DNA of 64,000 nt, from NCBI GenBank assembly GCA_046563655.1, contig CM102290.1:2976001-3040000 (forward strand). The letters run 5' to 3'. This DNA comes from Yuukianura sp. NJ FZ-2021 (lineage: Eukaryota). The stretch's first letter is position 1; every line of letters starts with the position of its first letter. The position numbers and the translations under genes are program-made. The notes below the pieces were generated by a model. The model was given only the letters and a program-made list of their open reading frames with translations, did not search any database and was not told the DNA's origin. This document shows positions 1 to 11,800 of this stretch, in pieces.

Positions 1-1
1 G

Positions 2-220
2 AAGAGTCACGGGTTCTGGCTACTGTTTGACGATGACATGGTAGATGTAAGGTTTCGGACATAAATGTTACTCTGCAATACGTTTAATTGTCGTTCGTTT
101 ATGAAATTTTAGAAAATAGATGCTTCAGCAATTGAGGATTTTTACGGTCTCACATCCACAGTTCAAAAATCTTCCGAAACGGGATACATTCTGTTCTACC
201 AGTCCAAAGATTACAACTAA
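2..220 (+). CDS. USP12/46: 3' end (last two exons) of ubiquitin-specific protease USP12/USP46 homologue
   Basis: Exon 2-46 reads [25 protein letters not shown] intron spans 47-112. Exon 113-220 reads [41 protein letters not shown] and [10 protein letters not shown] are the recognisable C-terminal USP12/46 motifs. The gene begins upstream of the window. Confidence 0.92.
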
Positions 221-1005
221 CAACTGAAACCTCACTAACACTCGTCATCTCCCTCAAGGTTTTTAATCTCTTACAACTTCTTGTCAGGTCACCAAAACAA
301 CTCATGTCAACGTACTTTACATCGTTCCGGGATCTTCCCGTGTAATGGATGTACTGAAACCGAATCTAGCAGTAAGACTCGGGAGTGCTTTGGAGAACTT
401 ACCAGTTAATACGCCGGGGCCACATTCAACAATCCCAAACAGTCATGTCAGAAATAACACTGTTCTTAAATTCTCAAACAATTGTGTATTTAGTTTCAAG
501 TTCAACTTATAATCTATTTATCCAAATCCCTCAACGCAAAGTGGCACGCACACCGACACCCGGTATGAAATTCAATGATTTATCCACCAGGCAAGTCAAA
601 GGCTGATTAATTCACTAGACTTAGACAAGGACTTTTGGAAATTTTTTTGAAAATTGTTCCGTATTTGAGACTACGCCCTAAACGAATTTTTAGAACCAAA
701 ATCTTGTGCAGGTTTTCGGAATGATTGTTAATTGTTATATGCTTTGCCTTGGCTGGCCTAAGTTCTGTCCATCATTCTGGTGGATCTCTATTAACAGATT
801 TCAAATTTTATCATTAAGGCAAAGACGCAATAAAAACGTACTAATCAACAGGAATGTTTGATTGTATTAATCTGGATAAATAATTTATTGTAAGAAAGAA
901 GAAAACCAATAGATATGAAGATCTAAATTATAATTTTGGAGGAGATAAAAAGGACTGATGAGTGACAATTTGACTCATAAATTGGGAAAACTTGATTGAA
1001 GAAGA

Positions 1006-1714
1006 CTACATTTTAGTGGTAGTGTATTCATTTGGAAAACTGAAGCTGTGGCTTCCATCAGCCACAATATTTGGCAGGTTCCCAGCATTTGGAATCACAT
1101 TCCAGGAAAGTGTTAGGGTCACGTTCTTGTTTCCCCTGATAAAATTGAACACAACAAAGAACGAAATGTGTTTAAAGATCGATTTAGTTGTTAGTGTACA
1201 GTTGGATTAATAAGAAACTTACTTTAGACCATGTCCGTCATCCCAGAAGTAATACTTTGGTCGTATATTCTTATGATCCAAAACTGCATTCTCTCCACGC
1301 TGAATGATCTTGTCCCAAATTACAACTTGGTTGAGCTTGTTTGACGGAGTTTCATATTCGGCAGTTAGATACAAAAATAATTGTTTGACGTTCCAGTTGA
1401 AAAGGGGGCGGAGATCAGCTTTGAGGTCAAAGATCATAAATCCCATATCGTTTTTCTCCCGTGATGCGCTGTAGTCTGGTACATTTCGCCTAAAGTTCAG
1501 AACGAAAACATATGAATCAAGCGAACCCCATTTCCTCAATATGTTTTCAGTATTCATAAAATTGTACTTACACAACGACAGTGACGGTGTTTATAACAGC
1601 TTTTGTACTGTAGTCCCGGAAAACCGTTGTCCCAAAGCAGATAAAAGTTAGGGCTGCCAAAACACTAACAGTGTATGCCGCTAGAGCATGACTCCTTGTG
1701 AATGCACTATGCAT
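1006..1714 (-). CDS. SPCS3: Signal peptidase complex subunit 3 (SPC22/23), 3 exons
   Basis: Exon 1714-1572 reads MHSAFTRSHALAAYTVSVLAALTFICFGTT... (N-terminal TM). Exon 1489-1223 reads RNVPDYSASREKNDMGF...LFNWNVKQLFLYLTAEY...VVIWDKII...KYYFWDDGHGLK. Exon 1135-1006 reads GNKNVTLTLSWNVIPNAG...TKM*. Introns are canonical GT-AG and phases are consistent. Confidence 0.96.
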
Positions 1715-3064
1715 CTCTGACTTTGAGGATAATCTCTTAATTGATTGATTTCATAAAAGATTCAACTAAATTAATCTAATCCCTTGATCCAGTATCGTAT
1801 CCAGTTGTCTGTTTCTTACGTATACTTTTGTTTCGGCTTTTAATTTCTGCAACAAATACTAAATTGACGTGTGATTTTTCGCAATGATTCAGTCTGCACC
1901 AACCGTTCTCGCCTTTAACGGTATGTTGGATTTAGCACATGCAAAATACCGTGAGAAAAGTGTCTCCGCTTGGCAAAATTTATCTATAGAGTCACAGACT
2001 GCCTGGCCTCATCTGTCATGTGTTTTAAAAGATAGCAACAAGAGAGAGGCGATAGTGCAATTGCAATTGCTCAACAGTCGCCTACAATTGCCACGCAAAA
2101 TGATTAAAATCGCACAACGCATATATCGCAAATAACCTAATTGGCCCGAAACAAATAGCGTAACTCATTAGAAGCTTGAAAACTAATTAGTTCACTGGAG
2201 TACAACAATTCTGCGCCCTGTAGACAATGGTATAAACAAATTATTGTACTCTCATACTCCTCCGAGGCGGAGGCTCCGACCGCTAATTAGTATTGCTCAA
2301 CCATTTGCACTCTTTTTATAGGAATTAGGCAAATACTTAATTCAACGCAACCTTGAATTTGTTTTAAAAAAAAATGGCTGCCCAATCGGAAGTGTAAGAA
2401 GAATAGCTCTAGGGTTTAATTAATTGATAATTTGTAGTTTCGTCGTTTTGTAGCATTTGGCAATTGGTAATTTTACGGTGAATATGAAATTAGACGTGTA
2501 GGAAAGGAATAGGAGACGTCTTCACTAAATACGTGGCCAAAAACTTTCAACTTTTATCAAATTTGCGCCAAATTCAAATCCATTCCCCCACTACTTATTC
2601 CCCACCCGATCCCACCCAATTTTTTTTCCTCTTGTAAAAGCATTTGCAATTCCAAAACTTGCGGATGATTGGAATTGAAAAATACTTGTTCTTTTTCTTA
2701 ACGTTAACAGCGTAAAGAGAAAAAAAAATACGGGTTTTGCAGAAATTGCACTTTTGTGTTTCTACTTTTGCAATGGTAATTCAGATACTGTTATCACCTT
2801 GTTAATATTTATCTTGTGTCACCTGCTGCGAATTAAAAGTCCCTGCTGAATCCTGATAAAGTTTCTTTTTAAAGTGAAAAGTGGAATCTTTGAGATTCCA
2901 ATACAAGATCAAGTAGAGGCGTTAAGATAATGTGCTAATTCAAGGCCAACTGTCAATGGTCTGTGACTCGAATGATTTGGGACATCCGAAGAGAAACTTT
3001 TTAGCTACGTTTCAATCCTCTTCACAACGAAACATACTTACAGTTACCGTCGATTCTTCTCAAG

Positions 3065-3149
3065 GTAAGTTTTATTTTGGCAAGTTGAATTGTGCTGGTA
3101 TTTAAATACAGTTGTTTTGCCCGTTCCTTACCAGTATTTTTTGTTGCAG
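3065..3149 (+). other. Probable 5'-UTR intron of the FGFR1OP2 homologue
   Basis: CAAG|GTAAGT donor at 3065 and TTTTTTGTTGCAG acceptor ending at 3149. The 85-nt length matches the short introns of neighbouring genes. Confidence 0.65.
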
Positions 3150-3311
3150 GGAAGCACAGATCTCTGACTGCTGACCTGTACCCTCCCTTGGATGTTAAGC
3201 GCTAATAAGGCGACGTAAGCGAAGAACTGACTGCCCAATTATCCAATGATCTTCACGTTCAGCTGAATTTATCGATTCGCTCCGTTTCTAAGCAATAAAG
3301 TGGGAAAAGAC

Positions 3312-4267
3312 ATGACCCTTACGTTCCCAGACGTGTTGAACGCGGCCAAGGAACTGGCAAATAGACTGAAGGACCACGACACCACTGCAGATGGACTGGT
3401 GTCACATGCACAGTCAATGTACAACCAAGTAGAGGCGATGAGACAGGTAATTGCACTTGCTTCTTCAAGTACAAAGTATTCAGGTTACTCTATACAATGG
3501 TTCATGTTATTCTCTAACCTACGCTTTGATTTATGTTACAGTATGGCGAGGACCTATCCCATCTAAACAATTTAACTTCAGAACGACCTCGTCTAGCCCT
3601 GGTAGCCGGTATACAGCAAGAAAGTAAACACATTATGGAACTGCAGCAAGAAAATCGAGAGCTGAGAATAACCCTGGAAGAGCAACAGAATGCAATGGAT
3701 CTCATCATGTCAAAATACAGGCAGCAGGTTTCCAAATTGGTCAATAACAAACACTACGACGAGAAATTACTCAAATCCATCGATACGAACACCCAGGTCA
3801 GAAGTGTTTTGTATATAAAGGTGCGGATTAATTCAGGTCGAGTAATTGGAAATGACAGTTGTTGGAAATGAGATATTATTTCTTACTATAGGTGCTCAAA
3901 GGACACAAAGACGAAATTAATGAAATGAGGTATATAATGAAGTCTGCCATAGAACTTGATGAAATAGCTTTGCGGAAACAAGAAGAAGTAATGTCATCTT
4001 TATGGAAAGAAAACCGGGTAAGTGAAATTCTTAAAAACCTCAACCTAACGCCTCTTTACTCAAGATAAATCTACTAAATACTTGTCCGGGAATGTTTACG
4101 TTCTTATTATCATGTAGGGTCTGCGAGAAATGTTGCAAATTTCTGGAACTTATGGATCCTACAATACAAAATTTGGTGCCGTAACAGTAGAGAAAGGCGT
4201 TCAGACTGAAGAAGAGTCCTTGAACCCTGTGAAAGATTCCCCTCTGCCATCAGAAAAATCGTCATAA
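3312..4267 (+). CDS. FGFR1OP2: FGFR1 oncogene partner 2 / SIKE family coiled-coil protein (STRIPAK-associated), 4 coding exons
   Basis: Exons are 3312-3446 (MTLTFPDVLNAAKELANRLKDHD...VEAMRQ), 3542-3796 (YGEDL...RPRLALVAGIQQESKHIMELQQENRELRITLEEQQNAMDLIMSKYRQQV), 3892-4017 and 4118-4267 (GLREMLQIS...EKSS*). All introns are phase-0 GT-AG. LQQENRELR..LEE.Q.A.DLIMSKYR is the family signature. Confidence 0.92.
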
Positions 4268-5501
4268 TAATACTTCAACGTTGACGCATGTGAATTGATA
4301 CGTTCGTGAATTACAAATTTAACTTATAACTTTTCATAACATTTGTATTAATAATTGTATTAATCAGGAAGGTGTTTCCTTTAGGATTCGATCTAACAAA
4401 AGTGTCGACTATTCAACCACATAAAGTCCCTGATAATATCGCGTAAGAGTAAAATTCGCTTAAGCTCCTTTTCGGTTTTAATTGTTTAACTGAATTTAAC
4501 TTATGATTTTAGTATGGATGTTGCCATTTTTTGGCAACCGCATAGATCCAAAAAGTAATAATTTTTTAAAACTGAAACATTGTCAGTTTTTAGTCAAACA
4601 CAAATGCAACTTAATCTTGAAATAATTTCCAAAAATGGCTAGATTTCAGATAATTTCTGTTCAAACTAAAATTTCTCTGAAGTCTCCTAGCTCAATTCCT
4701 AATTGCCTTTGCCTTATAAGAATTACCATACCCGCCATGATTGTAAAAGAACATTAAATTTTAAACGTTTGTAAGTTGTTTAATTTACAAACAACTAATT
4801 GCGTAATTGATCAATTTCTTGCAAACACATGTATAGGAAAAGTAATCAGAGCGCATGCACTCTTCTAGACCGCAGATTTGGCGAGCCTTCGGATTTACCC
4901 TGCTCATTTTGTATTAAAATGGAGTCTTGTATGTCATATTGGAATGCAGAAGAACTTGGACTCTATGCTGGGTAAGCAAATATTTAAAAACTAAAAGATT
5001 AAATTTACTCGGTTGAAGAAGTTTTGACTGTAAACTTTGTTTTTTTTTAGACTGAACTGAAGCCAAAGGAGATTTCAAAAGGCTTATAGGAAGAAGTGGG
5101 ACAGCATTTTTATCCACATGAATTTCCTTAAATGGAACTTTCAAAGCCACAAAAATGGAGATGAAGAATGTAAACTTCCAGAAAGATGTCTGGGTCATTG
5201 AACATCTTTTAGAAGACGGATATCATCACTTCTTGGAAGTTCAATTGAACATGAAGTTTTCCACCACTTTCCGTTTCACAGTTCTGCAGAGATCGTGTAA
5301 CTTTTTTGTCGTCTCTTCCGCTGATGTATCCAGAAGAGAGAAGAGATCCATACATCGAAGCCAAGCCATACATACATGTTAGATTAGGTTATAGCTGAAT
5401 CTTCTAGTCACTCTTTTCTGTTGGCATGTATGTTTAGTCTAAATTTGGACATTGAGGGAGTCAATTACTTGAGCTACTGTGATTTTTAATTTAATATAAC
5501 C

Positions 5502-7040
5502 ATGAAGTACCAAAGATCAATCACCCTAACGCTAGCTTTCACTTTGCTTCTCTTTACATTAGGTTTTCCGCATCCCAATCATCACGTGGATCAGGTGAGT
5601 GTCAAACAATTTCTCTACTCAAGTAAAGGTCATATCAAAATTTAACACACTTTTCCGAAAACGCTAATAAGCGTTTGTTCGTTAATCGTTGTAGCGTCGA
5701 GTGTTGCTTTTTTTAGTTATAGTCTTTTCCTGCTCTGCCATTACCCTGCCTGCCTGGACGTTTCGGCTTTTCGCTTTACTGTAACTAAAAGGTGGGAAGT
5801 TAATTGAAAAAGTTAAGGATTAATCAATTAATCTTTTGTTCTAATTGTTTGCAGAAGCTGAGTAGTCACAACCATTACGAAAATGGAAATCACAATGCAG
5901 ATTTCGACCACGATGCGTTCTTGGGCAACGATGCTGCCCGAGAATTCGATGAATTTAGTCCGCAAGAATCAAGAAATAGACTGAGGTAAATCAATTAACA
6001 ACTACATCACTACTGTTGTTACAATGTCCAGCTTTTTATAGCTTCATTGTACCGTACAATTTGTACGTGCTGGTCTGCGAATATCTCGATACCTTATGTA
6101 TTTTGTTTTAGCATGATCTTTGACAAGATTGATGTCAATGGAGACGGCTATGTCAATGCGTCAGAATTAACCAAGTGGATTCAATGGACTCAACGAAAGT
6201 ACATCGTGTCAGACTGCGCAAAGCAATGGAAGAATCACAATCCTACTGGGAAGGAAAGTCTACCGTGGACGGACTACAAACAAGCGACTTACGGATTTCT
6301 AGAAAGCGAAGCCAAGGATTTGGACGAATATAGAACTTATACAAGAATGATGGAACGAGATCGAAGGAGGTGGTTGGCTGCTGACGAAGGAGGTGACGAT
6401 GCTCTGTCGTTTGAAGAATTTCAAAATTTTCTACATCCCGAGGATGTCATCAATATGCAAGATGTCATTGTGCTCGAGACCATTGAGGACATTGATAAAG
6501 ATGGAGATGGCCAGATCTCCGTCGATGAATACATAAGTACGTACGTCGTGATTGCCACTCTAACTTTCCCCTCAATTCCGCTTCTACACATAGTCATTAA
6601 TCATGTGTTAAATCTAATTTCTTCCTTTGTTTCTAGGTGATTTGTTTCGTGGCGAACCGGGTGACGAAGAACCTGCTTGGGTCCAATCCGAACGTGATAC
6701 ATTTTCTTCCTACCGAGATCAGAACAAAGATGGATTCTTGGATAGTTCAGAGGTAATTGTACACATCAAACCTTCTGTATTCCATTTTGCATTCACGAAT
6801 TTCAAAATCATACTTGGGCCCTACATAAGCAAATTGTTGTCTAAATTACAGGTGAAACAGTGGATAATGCCTCAAGGATATGATCATGCTGGAGCTGAGT
6901 CTGCCCATTTAATTTACTCTGCAGATTCAGACAAAGATGGAAAACTAACCAAGGACGAAGTTCTGGACAAGTATGAAGTTTTTGTCGGATCCCAAGCTAC
7001 CGATTTTGGCGAAGCCCTTACGAAACACGAAGAATTTTGA
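5502..7040 (+). CDS. CALU: Calumenin/reticulocalbin (CREC family) multi-EF-hand ER protein, 5 coding exons
   Basis: Exons are 5502-5594 (signal peptide MKYQRSITLTLAFTLLLFTLG), 5855-5985 (DFDHDAFLG), 6112-6536, 6637-6752 and 6852-7040. EF-hand loops include DVNGDGYVNASE, DKDGDGQISVDE, DQNKDGFLDSSE and DSDKDGKLTKDE. The protein ends FVGSQATDFGEALTKHEEF*, an HDEF-like retention signal. Confidence 0.95.
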
Positions 7041-7182
7041 GCTATTTTCTGAACTTTCGCCACCGCGACATCGAAATATTATCGCAGCATCCTCCAGTGC
7101 CATTCATGTTTTGCCATCCAATATTTTAGTGTGTTCAAACAACTCCTTTCTAATCGCATCTCTTTCAATACGTCTTTGACTA

Positions 7183-7419
7183 CAGTAGAACCTCTCATTT
7201 CGCAACACTCTGTGAGTCACACACTGTGACTGGTGGGTTTGAAGAAAAGTGTTAGCGTCTTCCGCAAGATTTCAAATTCTAACGATCAATTCTGAATTCT
7301 AATTTGGTGTTGTTTACAAATTACAAGTAAAACTCTTCCAAAAATTGCAAGTTTTATGGTATCCCACCCCAGCTTCGGGAGAGGCGGAGCTGAAAGTTTC
7401 GCAACGAGAGGTTCTACTG
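7183..7419. mobile_element. Tc1/mariner (pogo/Tigger-like) MITE, about 237 bp
   Basis: TA|CAGTAGAACCTCTC ... GAGAGGTTCTACTG|TA. It has perfect 14-bp terminal inverted repeats (TIRs), a TA target-site duplication (TSD) and no ORF. Confidence 0.85.
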
Positions 7420-8878
7420 TACTAATGAAAGTTTTCACTCTTCTGGCACCTTACTTATAACCTTACCTAAATTAACTCATCAACTGTTTTCAATTTTTTT
7501 GAATCTTCGAATCGACGAGTATCGTACGATTCGTTGTCTTTGATTAATTTAAACATGTTCAAGGAATTAACCAGATTAAAGAATGAATCACTTTGGAATG
7601 GGTTAGGGATTAAAAATTTTTTTTTGTAGATTTTTGTAGAGGAGATTTAAAAATAAACTCAACGATAAAAATTTTGAAAAAAAAACGTTTATTATCAAGT
7701 TTTAACTGAAAATTTAGCTTAGTATAAACGTTATATATTAGAAAACGGCCTTCTTGAAGTGACAAAGTAATCTAGTAGGTGTTTTTAAATTGGATGCCAA
7801 CAGCGTAAAACGACAGACGCTTCAAACGTAATTGTCAACCCCAGGTTATCTATTTTAGTCTTACAATTTCTTTTGGAACTTGAAGCAGCCAGCATTTCTT
7901 TCCACATCCACCCACGAGTCATACAAAATTCAGAACCTAAGAAAATAGGACATTTCCATTGATTCCTTTTGTGTTTTAGTTCTAAGTCTCCCCTCTTGAA
8001 TTTTTTGGCAGTCGTTCAGAAAACAATTCCCCTGTGAAAGTGATCTTGTTCTCACAAGATCAAAAAAATACTGGAACCAATTGAATCATATATGAGACGT
8101 CTTTACTTTATTCTTGTTTTTCGTCTCTAGAGATCAGTTGGACTTAATTAACCGTAGTTACAGTCTTAATAACCCCCTGTGACTTACCATCCCTCCCCCC
8201 TCAGAAAAGTTCTCAAAACACACATTTTTTTGGAAATCCGGTTCCAGAAATTTTGAAACCCGAAAAGCTCCGGAATTTTGTTTCGTAGCTCTCAACAGTG
8301 AAAGTGCAATAATTTTCAGCGATCCTGTTCCCACATTCCGCGGCAGGTTCTTGATCTTGGACTAAAATCTTCCCAGATCCTTTTCACAGCGCTTCTGTGT
8401 AATACTCCCAGACGGTGCAGCGGTGAAGTGAAAAGCCAAATGTTCCATTTGCACTTTTAGTGCTCAGCGACACACTGTACTCCTCTAGAAGTGATCGTAA
8501 CGACTGTTACTTATTTGACACTATCCAGGATTTCCTGGAACCTGATTGATCTCTACGTGATTGATTGGTTCCTATTTGGACTGAATTGGTTTCGACGCTA
8601 TCTTCGTTACCAGTGCAGAACAGTGGAGTAAAAAGTCACAAGAAGAGAAAAGTCTGTTTGCATTTGGCGACTTTGGTGGCAGATGAGAAAAGGGGCTGGA
8701 CGGGATCTGGTGAAAGTTGGAGATCTCCTCTGGAGCTGTATTGCTCTAAAGACTTTTAGCTGTTTTCTTCCCACAAGAAAGTCAAGTTGAAGTGTTGAAC
8801 ATAAGACGCTGTCAGCACTGCGGTCTGACATTTGCCAAGTTAAATAGAATTGGACAGAAGCGGCGCCGCCACAGTGAC

Positions 8879-11800
8879 ATGACGATACCAATGATGGGAA
8901 ATCTCTCAGCTTTTGGTGACTTTGACAAGGATGGATTCGTCGCCAATTACTTGGGACCGAAACAATTACCGTACGAAAGTCTAATCCCAATGACGATCGT
9001 CTATAGTCTCATCTTTGTTTCCGGCCTCATTGGAAATTTTAGCACTTGTATTGTCATTTACAAGGCCCACTACATGCGAAGTTCAACCAACTACTACTTG
9101 TTCAACCTCGCAATTGCTGATTTCCTGACGCTCATCTTCGGTAAGTCAATTCCAATTTCTTCTTGTTCTTTCTTTTCCAAAGATTTTAAAAAGTTGACCT
9201 CTGGTGACCTCGCTTGAATAAAAGTTAGGAATATTGTGTTTTTGAGAATACTTAAGGTTAGGTTAACAACTTTTTGTTAAGGTGAAGTTTAAGTGTGTGA
9301 GGCTAAATTAAACAAATAGTGCTTTCTCTCAACTTTCCATTATGTTTATAGACTGGAATGCTCCTATGGAAAGGTAAATATAGTTTTGGAAGTTCAAAGG
9401 AAAAATCATTTTCTGAAATCGGAAACATCAAAAGTATGGTTTCAAGCATCGGTTCTGATCGTTTCTTCTTTTGTTCGTTAAGTATTATCTGCCGCATCCA
9501 ACTTAACTTACCAATTACCGTCTCATTTCCTCAGAAATTTCTTTTGTAAAGCTACCAAAAACCAACGTTCTTTTTTGTGTATCAAGACCAATTTCTGTGT
9601 ACGGATCAGAGTTTCTTCGAATTTGGGAAGTGTAGCAGAATGAGTTTGAGTTGATTTTGAAAAGATTTTGTTCCAAGAAATAATCAGTGTGTCTTAGTTA
9701 CATAACAAAACGCCGGAACAAATAATACGTTCGGAGAATTGTCACTTTTCAACAAAATGTTTTACAACATTTTGGTTTCTACAAAACTCAAAATCATTTC
9801 CAGTGTAGCATTTGCTTTGATTTTTGTATATTCCCACATTTTTCAAAATTCAAAATATCCTAAAAAAGATCTAAAAAACTGCAATTTTGCACATAAAATG
9901 ATCATGGTTTTTGACGAGAGTGAAAGTACAGTTCTCAAATTTTCAGAAATGAAGTGATATTTCTTCACTTCCGAATTTTTTATACGTTCAGAACTTAAAT
10001 TGGATACAAATGGAAGCGATTAAGGTTTCCAGCACTTTGACCTTTATAGATCCCTGATATTAAATGGTCTTTAGTACTACCGTGGTTAGTAGCCGTAAAA
10101 CTTACAGTAGCGTAGAGAAACCTATTAAATTTCCAAAATGTTTTCAGGCGAAACAAGTGAACTGGAAATTTGAAAAGGGCAATGCTTTCTCGTTCAATGT
10201 GTTTTCGTAAAATCCATTTTATAGGCTTAACGCTCCTCTAGAATATTGAGTTTGATGGAAACTATTCGTCAACACTAAAATTTCAAAAAACGGGAACAGA
10301 ATTTCAAGGCGTTTAGACCATTTCAGTGTTTTTCCAGCCCATTCATTCTTTTGTGTCTTGGTTTGTTTTGATTCTTGTTGATGAGGAGCACGGATTGTTA
10401 TTGGATTTAAGTTGATTGGAGCGTTCCGTGTACGTGTTCCAAATGCTCGTCCAAATCCGGTTAATTCAAGTGCTTTTGTTTCCGGAAACATTGGTTTGGT
10501 ATGGAAGTTAGTGGTGACGGCTCGTGTTCACCCGGTGCCTCCCAAACACCAAAAATAGCTTCTTTTTTGTTTGGAAATTGGTAAAGATTGATTTAACGGA
10601 AACCTTATTTTCGGTTTTTGGTGGTATGGATTTGGCTATAGTAGAAACGGAAATAGAAAAAGTGAAAGCGACCTTTCCCCCATTTTGTTAATGGTACAAC
10701 CGCCGCCGTGATATTTCTTTTAGCCCAATGTTTCTCATATTTTACACATAACACATAGAGTTTTGGTTCACAAAAACTGCGTTGGGTTGTCCCTATTTCC
10801 TTTTTTTTTTGGTAAAAGTCATAAAACGTAATGCTCTGAGATGGTAACTATTCCCATTAAGGATTTCATAAAGAAAACGGAAGCAGAGCTTTCATTCTTA
10901 CTCTATTCAACTAATAACTAAAGTGAAAAGGCGTGGGAGAAAGGAATAGGCCGCAGTGCAGTTCAACTTATTCATACCCTCTGTAATATTATTACCTACT
11001 AAAAAGATCAATTCCGGGTCAAAGTTCATTTTTCTAACAAAAGTGAAAACAAGCAAAAAATGTTCACTTTAATAAAAAATTCATAATTTGAAGCAACTGT
11101 AATTATTTTCATGTAAAATTTAAAGTCAAACGTCAATTTTTGTGACCTCAATTTGCTCATTTGAGCAGCGTTGAGTTGTCAGGCACAAAAGCAGAAGATT
11201 TAGAAATTCCAAAAAGTAATTCTTTGAGTTTTGGCACAAACTTTGTTCCGGAAAATGTCGTACCGCACTGTTCCATTGACTGACATTACAATTTACTCCT
11301 ATTTTAAGCTTTCTTTTCTTTGGACTTGAGTCTTGGTTAGGTAAGGTTTCTTGGACGTTGTTCAGTTCGAAAGCACCTCAGGGAATACACTGTTCTGGTT
11401 GCCTTAGGACTTAACATTGTGAAGTCGTTGGCATTCCATATGAGAGTTCCCTGCTACAAAGTCAACCTCAGTGACCCGTAGCGTCGTCTCTTTTTCTAAG
11501 TGTCATAATGCAGTGTCATCCAACTTTCAAACAGGATCTCACCAGTCGACCGATTTCGCCTCCAAGCCAAACCCCATTTTTTAAAAAGAATTCAGCAACC
11601 GTTCGTATTCTAAAAGAAAAACTGTTCTTAGAAAAACATAACGATCTCATCGTCTTTTCTGTCTTATGGTTTCGTACGTGTGAAGTCAGCAGTTTGGGCG
11701 TTGCTGACGCCTCAGCAAATTTTTTCTATTTCTATTGTTTTTCTTTTGCCTTACATTCATTACATTGGTTCAGTTCTAGTTGCCTGCTCAGAGCAGGATC

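Noticed and set aside
954..992. CTGATGA ... GAAAAC, resembling a hammerhead ribozyme core or a snoRNA C box
   Set aside because: No stem II closes directly onto GAAA, there are no convincing stems I and III, and there is no D box with a terminal stem.
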